From: an uncultured Rhodospirillaceae bacterium
GTDB taxonomy: Bacteria > Pseudomonadota > Alphaproteobacteria > UBA9219
DNA length: 64,000 nt
Direction: 5' to 3'
NCBI GenBank assembly: GCA_964390005.1
Contig: CAYMGM010000003.1
Coordinates: forward strand, 14,271-78,270
The notes beneath the pieces are model-generated. The model had not been told where the DNA came from. It worked only from the letters and a program-made list of their open reading frames with translations, and made no database searches. Positions 17,719-27,182 of the stretch are shown one piece after another. Position numbers and translations under genes: made by a program. Within the stretch, counting starts at the first letter, position 1, and every line of letters starts with the position of its first letter.

Positions 17719-18206
17719 TGACCGCACTTAAAGACATCATTGCTTATGTGTGTAAGACCTATCCTTCGAACTTGCAGGATGAGTTGTCAAATGCACGTGT
17801 CACCAAAATGATTTACCTTGCTGATTGGAGGCAAGCGATCGAACATGGGCGCCAGATTTCAGATATTGACTGGTTCTTCGACAATTACGGGCCTTACGTT
17901 GATGATGTGAGGAAAGAAGTTGCTGAAAACAATTCGATTTTTGACCTTCAGCATGTTCAGAATATGTACGGGCAGCCAAAGAACCTGATTAAGCTTAAGG
18001 ATAAGAACTATGCGCCGTCCCTTTCTGATGATCAAAAGAAGTCAATTGATCATGTTATTGAAATGACTAAAAAAATGTATTGGGACACATTCATCAAGCT
18101 CGTTTATTCAACATATCCCATAACTTCTTCAGAAAGGTATTCGCATCTCAATTTGCTTGAGAAGGCTTCTGAATATAAGGCTCAGAAAGAAGAAAAAGCA
18201 CCATGA
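17706..18206 (+). CDS. Panacea-domain (DUF4065, SocA/PanA-like) protein, putative antitoxin
   Basis: 'TKMIYLADWRQAIEHGRQISDIDWFFDNYGPYVDDV' matches the DUF4065 core (LqKLlYfa.gw......pLf...feAw.yGPV). Alternative start ATG 17718 overlaps upstream TAA (TAATG). Stop overlaps mod ATG (ATGA). Confidence 0.6.
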   Translation: MGVLMTALKDIIAYVCKTYPSNLQDELSNARVTKMIYLADWRQAIEHGRQISDIDWFFDNYGPYVDDVRKEVAENNSIFDLQHVQNMYGQPKNLIKLKDKNYAPSLSDDQKKSIDHVIEMTKKMYWDTFIKLVYSTYPITSSERYSHLNLLEKASEYKAQKEEKAP

Positions 18207-19888
18207 CCAAAAAGCAAAAGCTGGAATTGACGTGGATTGGGAAGGATCAGAGGCCTCGGTTGGAGCCTCGAATTTTGGTGGAGGATGATGCGCGGTCGTA
18301 TCATGCGGACAAACGCGTTACGGATCATGATCTATTCGACAATAAGCTGATCTTTGGCGACAATTTGCTCGCGCTCAAGGCGCTGGAGCAGGAGTATGCG
18401 GGGAAGGTCAAATGCGTCTTTATCGATCCGCCCTATAACACCGGATCGGCCTTCACGCATTACGACGACGGGCTTGAGCATTCCATCTGGCTCGGCCTCA
18501 TGCGCGACCGCTTGGAGATCCTGCGCAACCTCCTCTCCGAAGACGGCTCAATCTGGATCACCATCGACGACAACGAATGCCATTACCTCAAGGTGCTTTG
18601 CGATGAGGTGTTTGGAAGGGGAAACTTTTTGTGCGATATCGCTTGGGAGAAGCGATATTCTCCTCCACCGGACACAAAGGACTTTGGCTATGTACACGAT
18701 CATATTTTGGTCTACAGAAAGACACCAGCTTTTCGACGCAACTTATTGCCCTTAACGGAAGACCAATCTGGTCGATATAAAAATCCAGATAACGATCCCC
18801 GCGGCCCTTGGAAAGCTATGGATTACACTTGTCGATATTCTGCCGACGAACGCCCTAATCTCAATTATCCGATTATACAGCCCCACACGAAGAAAGAGAT
18901 ATGGCCAAACAAAACGCGAGTCTGGGCAATGTCGCGGGAAGTTCATGAAAAGAACGAACGAGAGAATAGAATTTGGTGGGGAACAAAAGGCACAAATAAT
19001 GTTCCTGCACTAAAAAACTTTTTCTCGGATATCAATCAGGGCATGATGCCAATGTCATTATGGAAACATACTTTGGCAGGCCATAATCAAGATGCGATGA
19101 AAGAAATGTTATCTCTCTTTGGGCGAGATGTTTTTTCAACACCAAAACCCGAGCGCTTGATACATACGGTTCTTCACATAGCCACCAATCCCAACGACCT
19201 CGTCCTCGACTCCTTCGCGGGTTCTGGCACCACCGGCGCTGTTGCTCATAAGATGGGGCGGCGGTGGATTATGATTGAGTTGGGGGAGCATTGTCATACG
19301 CATATCATTCCGCGCCTCAAGAAAGTGATCGATGGCGAGGATAAGGGCGGGATTACCGAGGCGGTGGCTTGGAAAGGCGGCGGGGGCTTTCGGTATTATG
19401 CGCTGGCGCCGTCTCTCATCACAATGGACAAATACGGTCAAGCGGTCATCAACAAAGACTATGACCCCGCCATGCTGACGCAGGCCATGTGCAAGCTGAT
19501 GGGCTTTGCCTATGCGCCGTCTGAGACCGTTTATTGGCAGCAAGGTCATTCAACCGAGACCGACTTTATCTATGTGACGACGCAAACGCTGGATCAGGCG
19601 CAGCTCGCCGCTCTTTCGGAAGAAGTGGGGGACAAGCAAAGCCTCCTCATCTGCTGCTCGGCCTTTCGCGGCAAGGCAGACGGTTTCGAAAACCTAACCC
19701 TCAAAAAAATCCCTCGCGCGGTGTTGGCCAAATGCGAATGGGGCCACGACGACTACAGCCTCAACGTCCAAAACCTGCCTCTCGCCGAGGAGGACCAAGT
19801 GGACATCCCCACGCCGCGCAAACAAAAAGCCAAAGCGCGTGCCAAGGCAAAAGCGGCGGAACCTTCTTTGTTTGGAGATGTGGAATGA
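18203..19888 (+). CDS. mod: Type III restriction-modification Mod subunit (beta-class N6-adenine DNA methyltransferase)
   Basis: 561 aa; 'FIDPPYN' motif IV precedes 'DSFAGSGTTGAVA' motif I (beta permutation); central variable TRD. Confidence 0.85.
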   Translation: MTKKQKLELTWIGKDQRPRLEPRILVEDDARSYHADKRVTDHDLFDNKLIFGDNLLALKALEQEYAGKVKCVFIDPPYNTGSAFTHYDDGLEHSIWLGLMRDRLEILRNLLSEDGSIWITIDDNECHYLKVLCDEVFGRGNFLCDIAWEKRYSPPPDTKDFGYVHDHILVYRKTPAFRRNLLPLTEDQSGRYKNPDNDPRGPWKAMDYTCRYSADERPNLNYPIIQPHTKKEIWPNKTRVWAMSREVHEKNERENRIWWGTKGTNNVPALKNFFSDINQGMMPMSLWKHTLAGHNQDAMKEMLSLFGRDVFSTPKPERLIHTVLHIATNPNDLVLDSFAGSGTTGAVAHKMGRRWIMIELGEHCHTHIIPRLKKVIDGEDKGGITEAVAWKGGGGFRYYALAPSLITMDKYGQAVINKDYDPAMLTQAMCKLMGFAYAPSETVYWQQGHSTETDFIYVTTQTLDQAQLAALSEEVGDKQSLLICCSAFRGKADGFENLTLKKIPRAVLAKCEWGHDDYSLNVQNLPLAEEDQVDIPTPRKQKAKARAKAKAAEPSLFGDVE

Positions 19889-20415
19889 GCAATCTTATTG
19901 ATGGGCTAGCTTTGGTCGTTGCGCTGGGATCAGCTGTGGTTTCTTGTTTATCTGCGGGAGCTGCAAAGGCCTCCGCAGACGCTGCAAAAATCTCTGCGGA
20001 GGAAACGAAGAAACAACGAAAGATTAGCCAATATGTGACATTGTCCCCCCATTTTTTTGCTGTAAGCCAGATTCTTTCAGCCCTAAGCGATGGAAAGGAA
20101 ACACCGAAGCGTCTTCTTGCGGCAAGAGACTCTCTTGTCTTTTTAAAGAAAGCTTTACCAAAGGACGAAGAGCTAATTGCCGTTGTCAATGAGATCGAAT
20201 ACAGATTTGAAGAGACGATCTCCGATGGCATTACAACCTTTAGAAGTCATTTAGTAAATTACCCAGCAAGGGAGACTGAGGATAACTTTGCTCAATTCAA
20301 TCTCGATCATAACGTCGATAAGGATCCAACTAAAAAAAGATTTAAAATTGCGCAACTAAAGGAAATGCTGTCGATGATTGAAGGAAGATATATTTCTTTG
20401 GATGACACCCCATGA
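19885..20415 (+). CDS. Small membrane-anchored protein of unknown function inserted between mod and res
   Basis: ATGA overlaps with both the mod stop and the res start; N-terminal TM helix 'LIDGLALVVALGSAVVSCLSAGAA'; AT-rich. Confidence 0.55.
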   Translation: MSNLIDGLALVVALGSAVVSCLSAGAAKASADAAKISAEETKKQRKISQYVTLSPHFFAVSQILSALSDGKETPKRLLAARDSLVFLKKALPKDEELIAVVNEIEYRFEETISDGITTFRSHLVNYPARETEDNFAQFNLDHNVDKDPTKKRFKIAQLKEMLSMIEGRYISLDDTP

Positions 20416-23066
20416 ACCGTTTCCTCAACGCCATCTCAAACCGCCTCTCTCTCCGCACGCCGCAGCGGGAGTCTCTTGAAATCCTTGCGCGCGTGGCGGA
20501 CGTCGTGCCGCTCAACAAAACGCGCGATGTGGCTGAGGCGCTGCGGGTCATTCACGAGGATTATCCGAGCGTTGAGGATTTTGAGCGCGATTTTCCTTCG
20601 CTCTGTTTTGCGCTTGCCACGGGCGTTGGCAAAACGCGGTTGATGGGGGCGTTTATCGCTTACTTGCATCTTGCGAAGGGCATGAAGCATTTCTTCGTGC
20701 TGGCCCCAAACCTCACCATCTATAACAAGCTCATTGCCGATTTCACGCCAAACACGCCGAAATATGTGTTTCAGGGGATTGCGGAGCTGGCGATCACGCC
20801 GCCGGAAATCATCACGGGCGACAATTACGAAAGCGGGCGCGGCATTCGCGGCACCGACCTTTTGGGCCAAGCCGACAACATTCACGTCAACATCTTCAAC
20901 ATCTCGAAAATCAATACCGAGACGCGGGGCGGGGCCTCGCCGCGCATCAAGCGGCTTTCGGAATACTTAGGCGAAAGCTATTTCGAATATCTGTCCAAGC
21001 TCGACGATCTTGTTTTGCTGATGGATGAATCGCACCGTTACCGCGCCTCGGCGGGCATTCGGGCGCTGAATGAACTGAACCCCGTTCTTGGGCTTGAACT
21101 GACCGCGACGCCGCAGATTGAAAACGGTGCAAAGGCCGTGCCGTTCAAGAACGTGATCTATAGCTATCCGCTCTACAAGGCGATGGAAGACGGCTATGTG
21201 AAGGAACCGGCGGTTGCCACGCGTGAAAACTTCGATCCATCTAAGTTCACGGAAGACGAGCTGGAGAAAATCAAGCTCGAAGACGCTATTTGCATTCATG
21301 AAAACGTCAAGGCCGAGCTGAAGGTCTATGCCGATAACAACAATCGGCCTTTGGTCAAGCCCTTTATCCTCGTCGTCGCGCAGGACACGACGCATGCCGA
21401 AAATCTGATGGCTTTGATTAAATCGGATGCCTTTTTCGAGGGGCGCTATCGGGATCGCGTGATTACGGTGCATTCGAACCAGCGCGGCGAGGAAAAGGAC
21501 GAGACGATCCAGAAACTTCTCTCGGTCGAAGACCCTGCCGAGCCGACCGAGATTGTTATTCACGTCAATATGCTGAAAGAAGGATGGGACGTCACCAACC
21601 TTTACACGATTGTGCCTTTGCGTGCGGCGAACTCGCGCACGCTTGTTGAACAATCGATTGGGCGCGGGCTTCGTTTGCCTTATGGAAGGCGCACAGGTGT
21701 TGCCGCCGTAGATCGTTTGACCATTGTGGCACACGACCGGTTTGATGAGATTATCCGCGAGGCGAACGATCAACACTCGATCATCCGCGCAGGCGTTGTG
21801 ATTGGCAAAGACATTGCCGCCAAGCCGAAGCAAGCCGTTGAGATTAAATCGAACATTGAATTGATCGTGACCGGCGAAGCGCCGGTGAAACCGGAACAAA
21901 AGCCTTTGTTCACAGAAGAAGAGCGTCCGATTGCCAAGGCCTCGTTTGAGGCGATACGGGATTTTGAGCGTCTGCCAAGCTCGCGCGATCTTCTGAAGCC
22001 GGAAACGCAACAGAAAATCGTCGAGCGCGTGATTGAGAAAATCACGCCCGCGCAGGGAACGCTTGGCGGGATCATTGAAAAGCCCAATGTTGAGAACATC
22101 GTCCGGCGTCAGATTGAAGCCTATGTCCAGAACACCATCGACATTCCGCGTGTGACCGTGACGCCGATTGGCGCGGATAGCTATGCGTTCACGGACTTCG
22201 ATCTTGATACAAAAAACCTGCCGCGCCTTCAGCCTGTCGAGGATAAAATCCTGATCCAGAATTTGCGCACTTATGAGCGCGAGCAAATGGCCAAGGGCGA
22301 GGCCATCGGCCAAGAAGCGCGACTGGAGGACTATATCGTCGCCGTTCTGATCGATAAGGATGACATTTCCTATGATGACCACGCCGACCTGCTCTACAAA
22401 CTGGCGGGGCAAATGGTGGCGTTTATTTTTTCCTATTTGGGAGATACCGAGAAGACGAAAAACGTCATTCAGTTTTATCGCACAAAGCTGGCCGATTTGA
22501 TCCATGCGCAGATGGATGCGCATGTGAAGCTTGGCTACACGGACTTTCAGGCTTCCGTTACGCGCGGGTTTGAGCAGCCGAAAATGGGTGCGGTAACGAT
22601 TGATGCGGGCGAGAAAGTCAGAAACTTCCGGCAGACGTTGGCCAATGTTTCCGACATTCGCGGCATGGTGTTCGAAGGTTTTTCAAAATGCCTCTATCCG
22701 CAGCAGAAGTTTGATTCCGACACGGAACGCCAGATGGCTATCTTGCTCGAAGACGAAAAGAGCGTTCTGAAATGGTTCAAGCCTCTGCGCAATGACGTTA
22801 AAATCTACACGAATGAAAATGACGGTTATGAGCCTGATTTTGTCGTGGAAACTTCTGGCGAGAAGCTTCTTATCGAGACCAAACGTGCGGACGAAGTCGA
22901 AAGCGATGCGGTCCAGCAGAAAGCTCGCGCCGCACTCAAATGGTGCGAGGCGGCCACAAAACATGAAACGGAGAATGGAGGCAAACCGTGGCGGTATCTT
23001 CTGGTGCCCCACGATGCCGCTAAGCCGAATGCGACGCTTGGTGGATTATTGGTTCAGTACCGCTAG
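20412..23066 (+). CDS. res: Type III restriction enzyme Res subunit (SF2 helicase plus C-terminal PD-(D/E)xK nuclease)
   Basis: 884 aa; Walker A 'LATGVGKTRLMG', 'LLMDESHRY' DEAH-like, C-terminal 'EPDFVVE...LLIETKRADE'. Confidence 0.85.
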   Translation: MNRFLNAISNRLSLRTPQRESLEILARVADVVPLNKTRDVAEALRVIHEDYPSVEDFERDFPSLCFALATGVGKTRLMGAFIAYLHLAKGMKHFFVLAPNLTIYNKLIADFTPNTPKYVFQGIAELAITPPEIITGDNYESGRGIRGTDLLGQADNIHVNIFNISKINTETRGGASPRIKRLSEYLGESYFEYLSKLDDLVLLMDESHRYRASAGIRALNELNPVLGLELTATPQIENGAKAVPFKNVIYSYPLYKAMEDGYVKEPAVATRENFDPSKFTEDELEKIKLEDAICIHENVKAELKVYADNNNRPLVKPFILVVAQDTTHAENLMALIKSDAFFEGRYRDRVITVHSNQRGEEKDETIQKLLSVEDPAEPTEIVIHVNMLKEGWDVTNLYTIVPLRAANSRTLVEQSIGRGLRLPYGRRTGVAAVDRLTIVAHDRFDEIIREANDQHSIIRAGVVIGKDIAAKPKQAVEIKSNIELIVTGEAPVKPEQKPLFTEEERPIAKASFEAIRDFERLPSSRDLLKPETQQKIVERVIEKITPAQGTLGGIIEKPNVENIVRRQIEAYVQNTIDIPRVTVTPIGADSYAFTDFDLDTKNLPRLQPVEDKILIQNLRTYEREQMAKGEAIGQEARLEDYIVAVLIDKDDISYDDHADLLYKLAGQMVAFIFSYLGDTEKTKNVIQFYRTKLADLIHAQMDAHVKLGYTDFQASVTRGFEQPKMGAVTIDAGEKVRNFRQTLANVSDIRGMVFEGFSKCLYPQQKFDSDTERQMAILLEDEKSVLKWFKPLRNDVKIYTNENDGYEPDFVVETSGEKLLIETKRADEVESDAVQQKARAALKWCEAATKHETENGGKPWRYLLVPHDAAKPNATLGGLLVQYR

Positions 23067-23094
23067 TGGAGGCAAAATCCATTTTTTAGCTATT

Positions 23095-23364
23095 TTAGTC
23101 CGTTTTCATAAGATGTTGGGGGCCATATTCTCGTATCCATTTGGCACGGGTTAGGTGTGACGCCCAACATTGGCGTGCAACATCAGGGGCGAGACTTGGA
23201 TCGCGATGTAGCACGATGCGGGAGACCTCGCGCCAGTCGGCGCCTTCCGCTTCGGCGTCGAGAATGCGCGCATAGGTGATGAAGTGCGCCTCATCATAGG
23301 GCGTAATGCTCTCTGCGGAGGGCGCTTCGTCGGCGACATCGGGATCGAGGATCGTCTTGGGCAT
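23095..23364 (-). CDS. Small conserved ICE-associated hypothetical protein (divergent partner of DUF2285 gene)
   Basis: 89 aa ORF, high GC, divergent from 23681. Confidence 0.45.
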   Translation of the reverse strand: MPKTILDPDVADEAPSAESITPYDEAHFITYARILDAEAEGADWREVSRIVLHRDPSLAPDVARQCWASHLTRAKWIREYGPQHLMKTD

Positions 23365-23469
23365 AGGGTAGTTTTGACCTTATCTCGTGGGGCTGTCCAT
23401 CCGGTTTCGCGGGCCGCTTTGGGAACGTTGAGGGCATTCTATGTCGGGAAGGCTTCAAAAATCTTAAGA

Positions 23470-23530
23470 AACTAGGAATATATTCCTTGACAAAATGGGA
23501 TAATTCCCATATTGACATTCCTACGACGTA
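23470..23530 (+). promoter_or_regulatory. Putative promoter with flanking palindromes upstream of DUF2285 gene
   Basis: 12-bp perfect palindrome ggaatatattcc, TTGACA hexamers, and tggga-taat-tccca inverted repeat. Confidence 0.3.
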
Positions 23531-23598
23531 CTGCGCCCATCTGCCCCCGGTTTTGCGGACTTGGCGATGATGAGGACGGGAGTGACTTGTTTTTGCGA

Positions 23599-23622
23599 GA
23601 CGGCTTTTGGCCGTCTTTTTTT
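23599..23622 (+). terminator. Terminator-like hairpin in the 5' leader of the DUF2285 gene (attenuator or sRNA terminator candidate)
   Basis: gacggc-ttttg-gccgtc followed by ttttttt. Confidence 0.35.
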
Positions 23623-23680
23623 GTGGCCGAAAGCCTCCTGCGTCGGAACCTGATTTCCTTTTTTTCGTTGGAGAAGATTC

Positions 23681-24520
23681 ATGCCCGAGACCGCTGTGTC
23701 CGGCCTGCGGCCGTGCGTCGACTGGCGCAATGCCGAAGATTATCGCCATCTTCTGGATTATGACCGCGCCGGATGGGCTGGCGAATGGCTCAGGCGCAAT
23801 CCGGCTTTTGTTGCCGATGTCCATCGTGCGCCCCATTATTCGGATGCGTTCCGCTTCGGCTCTGATCTGGATGTTGCCATCATAGATGGAGGGAAAGATA
23901 CATCGTTAGCGCGTTGGGGATTGCACGGTATTTGCCCAGGGACTGAGCCGCTTTTCTTCTGGCGTCCGGAGGTCAATGCGCAGGTTCTGACGCTTGAAGC
24001 CAAAAAGGCAACGAACGAAGCCGAGGGGCTCGACCTGCGTCAATGTACTTTGTTTAAGGCGGCGTTTCGCGGCGCGGATCAAGATACGCATCTTCTGTTT
24101 GGGGACGGCGTCCGGACGCTGCAGGTCGTCGTCAAGGGCGATGTTTCCTTTGAAAGCCCCATGAACTTTCGGTGCGCCTTGTCCGGTTGGAGCGAGTTTG
24201 AGACCAAGCCATTGAGCTTACGTCGGTTGTGTTGTCTTTACAGGCTGGGACGTCTTTCCAGTTCCCTTTATCCCAAGGAGCAACGGGCCCATCGCTGGGT
24301 CGAAATGATCCGTGCATGGGACGGCGTTCAGGCCGGGGCCAAGCAACGCGATATTGCCATCGCTATTTATGGCGATCGCGCGGTGCGTGAAGATTGGGAT
24401 TCAGGCTATCGCACCCGTGTGCAAAGATTGATCCGTTCATCGGAACGGATGGTCGGCGGCGGTTATCTGGACCTTCTGCGTAGCGGCAGCGGAGACACGG
24501 CGCACAAAGGCGCTTTATGA
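23681..24520 (+). CDS. DUF2285-family protein (ICE leading-region regulator-like)
   Basis: 279 aa; matches my recollection of the DUF2285 proteins that open alphaproteobacterial ICE backbones. Confidence 0.6.
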   Translation: MPETAVSGLRPCVDWRNAEDYRHLLDYDRAGWAGEWLRRNPAFVADVHRAPHYSDAFRFGSDLDVAIIDGGKDTSLARWGLHGICPGTEPLFFWRPEVNAQVLTLEAKKATNEAEGLDLRQCTLFKAAFRGADQDTHLLFGDGVRTLQVVVKGDVSFESPMNFRCALSGWSEFETKPLSLRRLCCLYRLGRLSSSLYPKEQRAHRWVEMIRAWDGVQAGAKQRDIAIAIYGDRAVREDWDSGYRTRVQRLIRSSERMVGGGYLDLLRSGSGDTAHKGAL

Positions 24521-24826
24521 AATCTTCCTGCTTACGATCTTTTCGCCATCCCAAAAGGCGAACACGCCGTCCGATCCGTCCGGAAGCGAGCCGCCTGTGA
24601 CAATATAGGCGCATTCTTCCGGCGGGCTCCATGTGTGGCCGCAGGGCCTGCCGTCTTCGACATTGACAAGGCCCTTCACGCTCGCGTTCCTTTTCTGCCA
24701 TTCATGGACGCGTTTGCAAGCGTTTTCCGGCGTAGAGGCCTTGGCGTCAAACTCGAAGCGTTGGTTGCAAACCGTCGTAACGCGGTAGGTTTCCATCTTG
24801 GGCGTTTTGTCTTCTGTATTACTCAT
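24515..24826 (-). CDS. Hypothetical small protein
   Basis: 103 aa ORF convergent with DUF2285 gene. Confidence 0.35.
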   Translation of the reverse strand: MSNTEDKTPKMETYRVTTVCNQRFEFDAKASTPENACKRVHEWQKRNASVKGLVNVEDGRPCGHTWSPPEECAYIVTGGSLPDGSDGVFAFWDGEKIVSRKIS

Positions 24827-25074
24827 GGCGGTGCTCGTCTCGTTTTATGGCCACGCGATCTTACGGGATCAAACGTCGTTTCTCAATTCGGAAAAAGCCG
24901 AGGCAACAGCGATGGAATAAACGAAGCCGGGAAGAAGAAGGTTCGGCTCGTCCGGTTCATGGAATGGATGGACCCGTGCGTGTGGGCCGGGCGAGAGGAA
25001 AAGGCAGGGAGGGTTTGGGGGACAGGCCTAAGGGGAAAGAGAGGGCTCTTTCCGGGCTGTCGCGGAGAACCACC

Positions 25075-27114
25075 ATGAATAATCCTGAAACCATCTCTCT
25101 GTCCCCATCGCGAGACATTCCCTTTAACAGGCTTGTACTGTCCGATCGCAATGTGCGGCGTATCCAGACGGGCCTTTCCATCGAAGAACTGGCCGAAGAC
25201 ATCGCGCAACGTTCATTGTTACAGTCCCTCAGCGTCCGACCGATGGAAGGCCGCGAGGGATTTTATGAGGTGCAGGCCGGAGGACGGCGCTATCGGGCGT
25301 TGGAGCGGCTTGTGGCGCAAAAGCGGCTGGCGGTCGATGCGCCCATTCCCTGTCTTGTGCGTGAGGACGGGATTCTCGAAGAAGACTCGCTCGCCGAAAA
25401 CGTGCAGCGGCAGAACCTACATCCGCTCGATCAGTTTCGTGCGTTTCTGGCTTTGCGCGATCAGGGGCTCGGCATCGACGACATCGCTGCGCGTTTCTTT
25501 GTGACGCCGCAAATCGTCAAACAACGGCTCAAGCTTGCGAGCGTGTCGCCGAAGCTTTTGGACATCTATGCGGCGGACGACATGACGCTCGAACAGCTCA
25601 TGGCCTTTACGGTCTCGGACGATCCTGCCCGTCAGGAACAGGTTTGGGAATCTGTGTCCCAAGGCTACAACAAAAGCGCCTATCAGATCCGCAGGCTTCT
25701 GACGGAGAATGCGGTCGATACGGACGACAAGCGTGTCCGTTTCGTCGGCCTTGAGGCTTATGAAACTGCGGGCGGCGGCGTTCTCCGCGACCTGTTCTCC
25801 GAGAATGGCGATGGGTGGGTGCAGGATGTCGGGCTTCTTGAACGCCTCGTTGCCGAAAAACTCGTCTGCGAGGCCGAGACGATCAAGACCGAGGGTTGGA
25901 AATGGCTGCAAGTCGCCGCCGACTTCCCTTACGGCCATACGCAAGGTCTGCGCCGCATCGCGGGCGAGGAAGAGCCGCTGAGTGCCGAAGAGGAAGCGCA
26001 ACGCGCCGCGCTGGTTGACGAAAAAGAGGAGATTGAACGGCGGTATTTTCAGGAGGATGGCGAAGAAATCCCTGACGATGCCGAACGGCGGCTCATCAGG
26101 ATTGAGGAAAGGATCGAAGAAATCGACGAGCGGCCCTTACGTTACGATCCTGCCGCTATTGCCCGTGCGGGCGCGTTTGTGAGCATCGATGAAGATGGCG
26201 GCCTGTTGATCAAACGCGGTTATGTGCGGCCGGAAGACGACAAAGACGATGCGAATGCGGCGAACGATGAAGACGAAACGGATGCGCCGGATCGTTCCTG
26301 TTGCATCGTCCTTTCCGGTGGGCAGTCCTCCGGCGCTGCCGCCGAAGAACCGGAAGAAGAAGGCTTAAAGCCGCTTTCGGACCGGTTGGTGATAGAACTG
26401 ACCGCACAGCGAACCTTAGCCTTGCGCGACGCGCTGGCCAATGATCCGGACACGGCGTTTCTGGCCGTTTTGCATGCGCTTATTCTCCAAACCTTCTATC
26501 GTTTTGCGATGGAAAGCTGCCTTGAGATCACCGCGAAAAGCTCCGGCTTTTCTGTGCAAGGGCCGGATCTGAAAGACTGCGCTTCGGCCAAGGCCATTGA
26601 GGCGCGACACGCCGCATGGGAAAAGCAGCTTCCCAAGGACGAAAAGGATCTTTGGGAGACGCTGCGAACTTTCGACGGAGACAGCCGCAACGCCCTGTTC
26701 GCCCATTGCGCCGCGCTGACCGTCAACGCCGTGCAGGAACCTTGGAATCGCGCGCCTGGGCGCAAGGGCCACGCCGATCAGCTTGCGAACGTGCTTGCGC
26801 TCGACATGGCGGCAATCGGATGGAAGCCGACTGCCGCCAATTATCTCGGCCGCGTGTCCAAGGCACGGATTCTGGAAGCCGTCACGGAGGCCAAAGGCGC
26901 TGCGGCGGTGGAATGGATCGAGAATCTGCGCAAACAGGAGATGGCGCAGCAGGCGGAACGGATGCTGGCCGATACCGGCTGGTTGCCGGAGCCGCTGCGC
27001 ACACCGGGCATCGAGTCCAGGCCTGTTGCGACGGCATCAACGCCACCAGAGCCTTTCCCAGCGCCGGACATCGCGGCCGCCGAACTGCCCTCTTTCCTCA
27101 CCGAAGCCGCCTGA
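25075..27114 (+). CDS. ParB/sulfiredoxin-like nuclease-domain protein (ICE-associated, ~680 aa)
   Basis: N-terminal ParB box 'YEVQAGGRRYRALERL'; start at MNNPET (internal to a longer ORF); acidic repeats mid-protein. Confidence 0.8.
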   Translation: MNNPETISLSPSRDIPFNRLVLSDRNVRRIQTGLSIEELAEDIAQRSLLQSLSVRPMEGREGFYEVQAGGRRYRALERLVAQKRLAVDAPIPCLVREDGILEEDSLAENVQRQNLHPLDQFRAFLALRDQGLGIDDIAARFFVTPQIVKQRLKLASVSPKLLDIYAADDMTLEQLMAFTVSDDPARQEQVWESVSQGYNKSAYQIRRLLTENAVDTDDKRVRFVGLEAYETAGGGVLRDLFSENGDGWVQDVGLLERLVAEKLVCEAETIKTEGWKWLQVAADFPYGHTQGLRRIAGEEEPLSAEEEAQRAALVDEKEEIERRYFQEDGEEIPDDAERRLIRIEERIEEIDERPLRYDPAAIARAGAFVSIDEDGGLLIKRGYVRPEDDKDDANAANDEDETDAPDRSCCIVLSGGQSSGAAAEEPEEEGLKPLSDRLVIELTAQRTLALRDALANDPDTAFLAVLHALILQTFYRFAMESCLEITAKSSGFSVQGPDLKDCASAKAIEARHAAWEKQLPKDEKDLWETLRTFDGDSRNALFAHCAALTVNAVQEPWNRAPGRKGHADQLANVLALDMAAIGWKPTAANYLGRVSKARILEAVTEAKGAAAVEWIENLRKQEMAQQAERMLADTGWLPEPLRTPGIESRPVATASTPPEPFPAPDIAAAELPSFLTEAA

Positions 27115-27182
27115 CGCGCTTTTCCTTTTCCATTCAACGGCTCGGCCTTGTGCCGGGCCGTTTCGTTTCAAGGAGATTTCCG

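Noticed and set aside
13955-23066. Calling the operon a canonical class-1 DISARM system
   Set aside because: SNF2 plus adenine MTase fits DrmD/DrmMI, but no DrmA (DUF1998 helicase), DrmB or DrmC (PLD) homolog is present and a type III Res is. It is kept only as a DISARM-like/type III hybrid hypothesis
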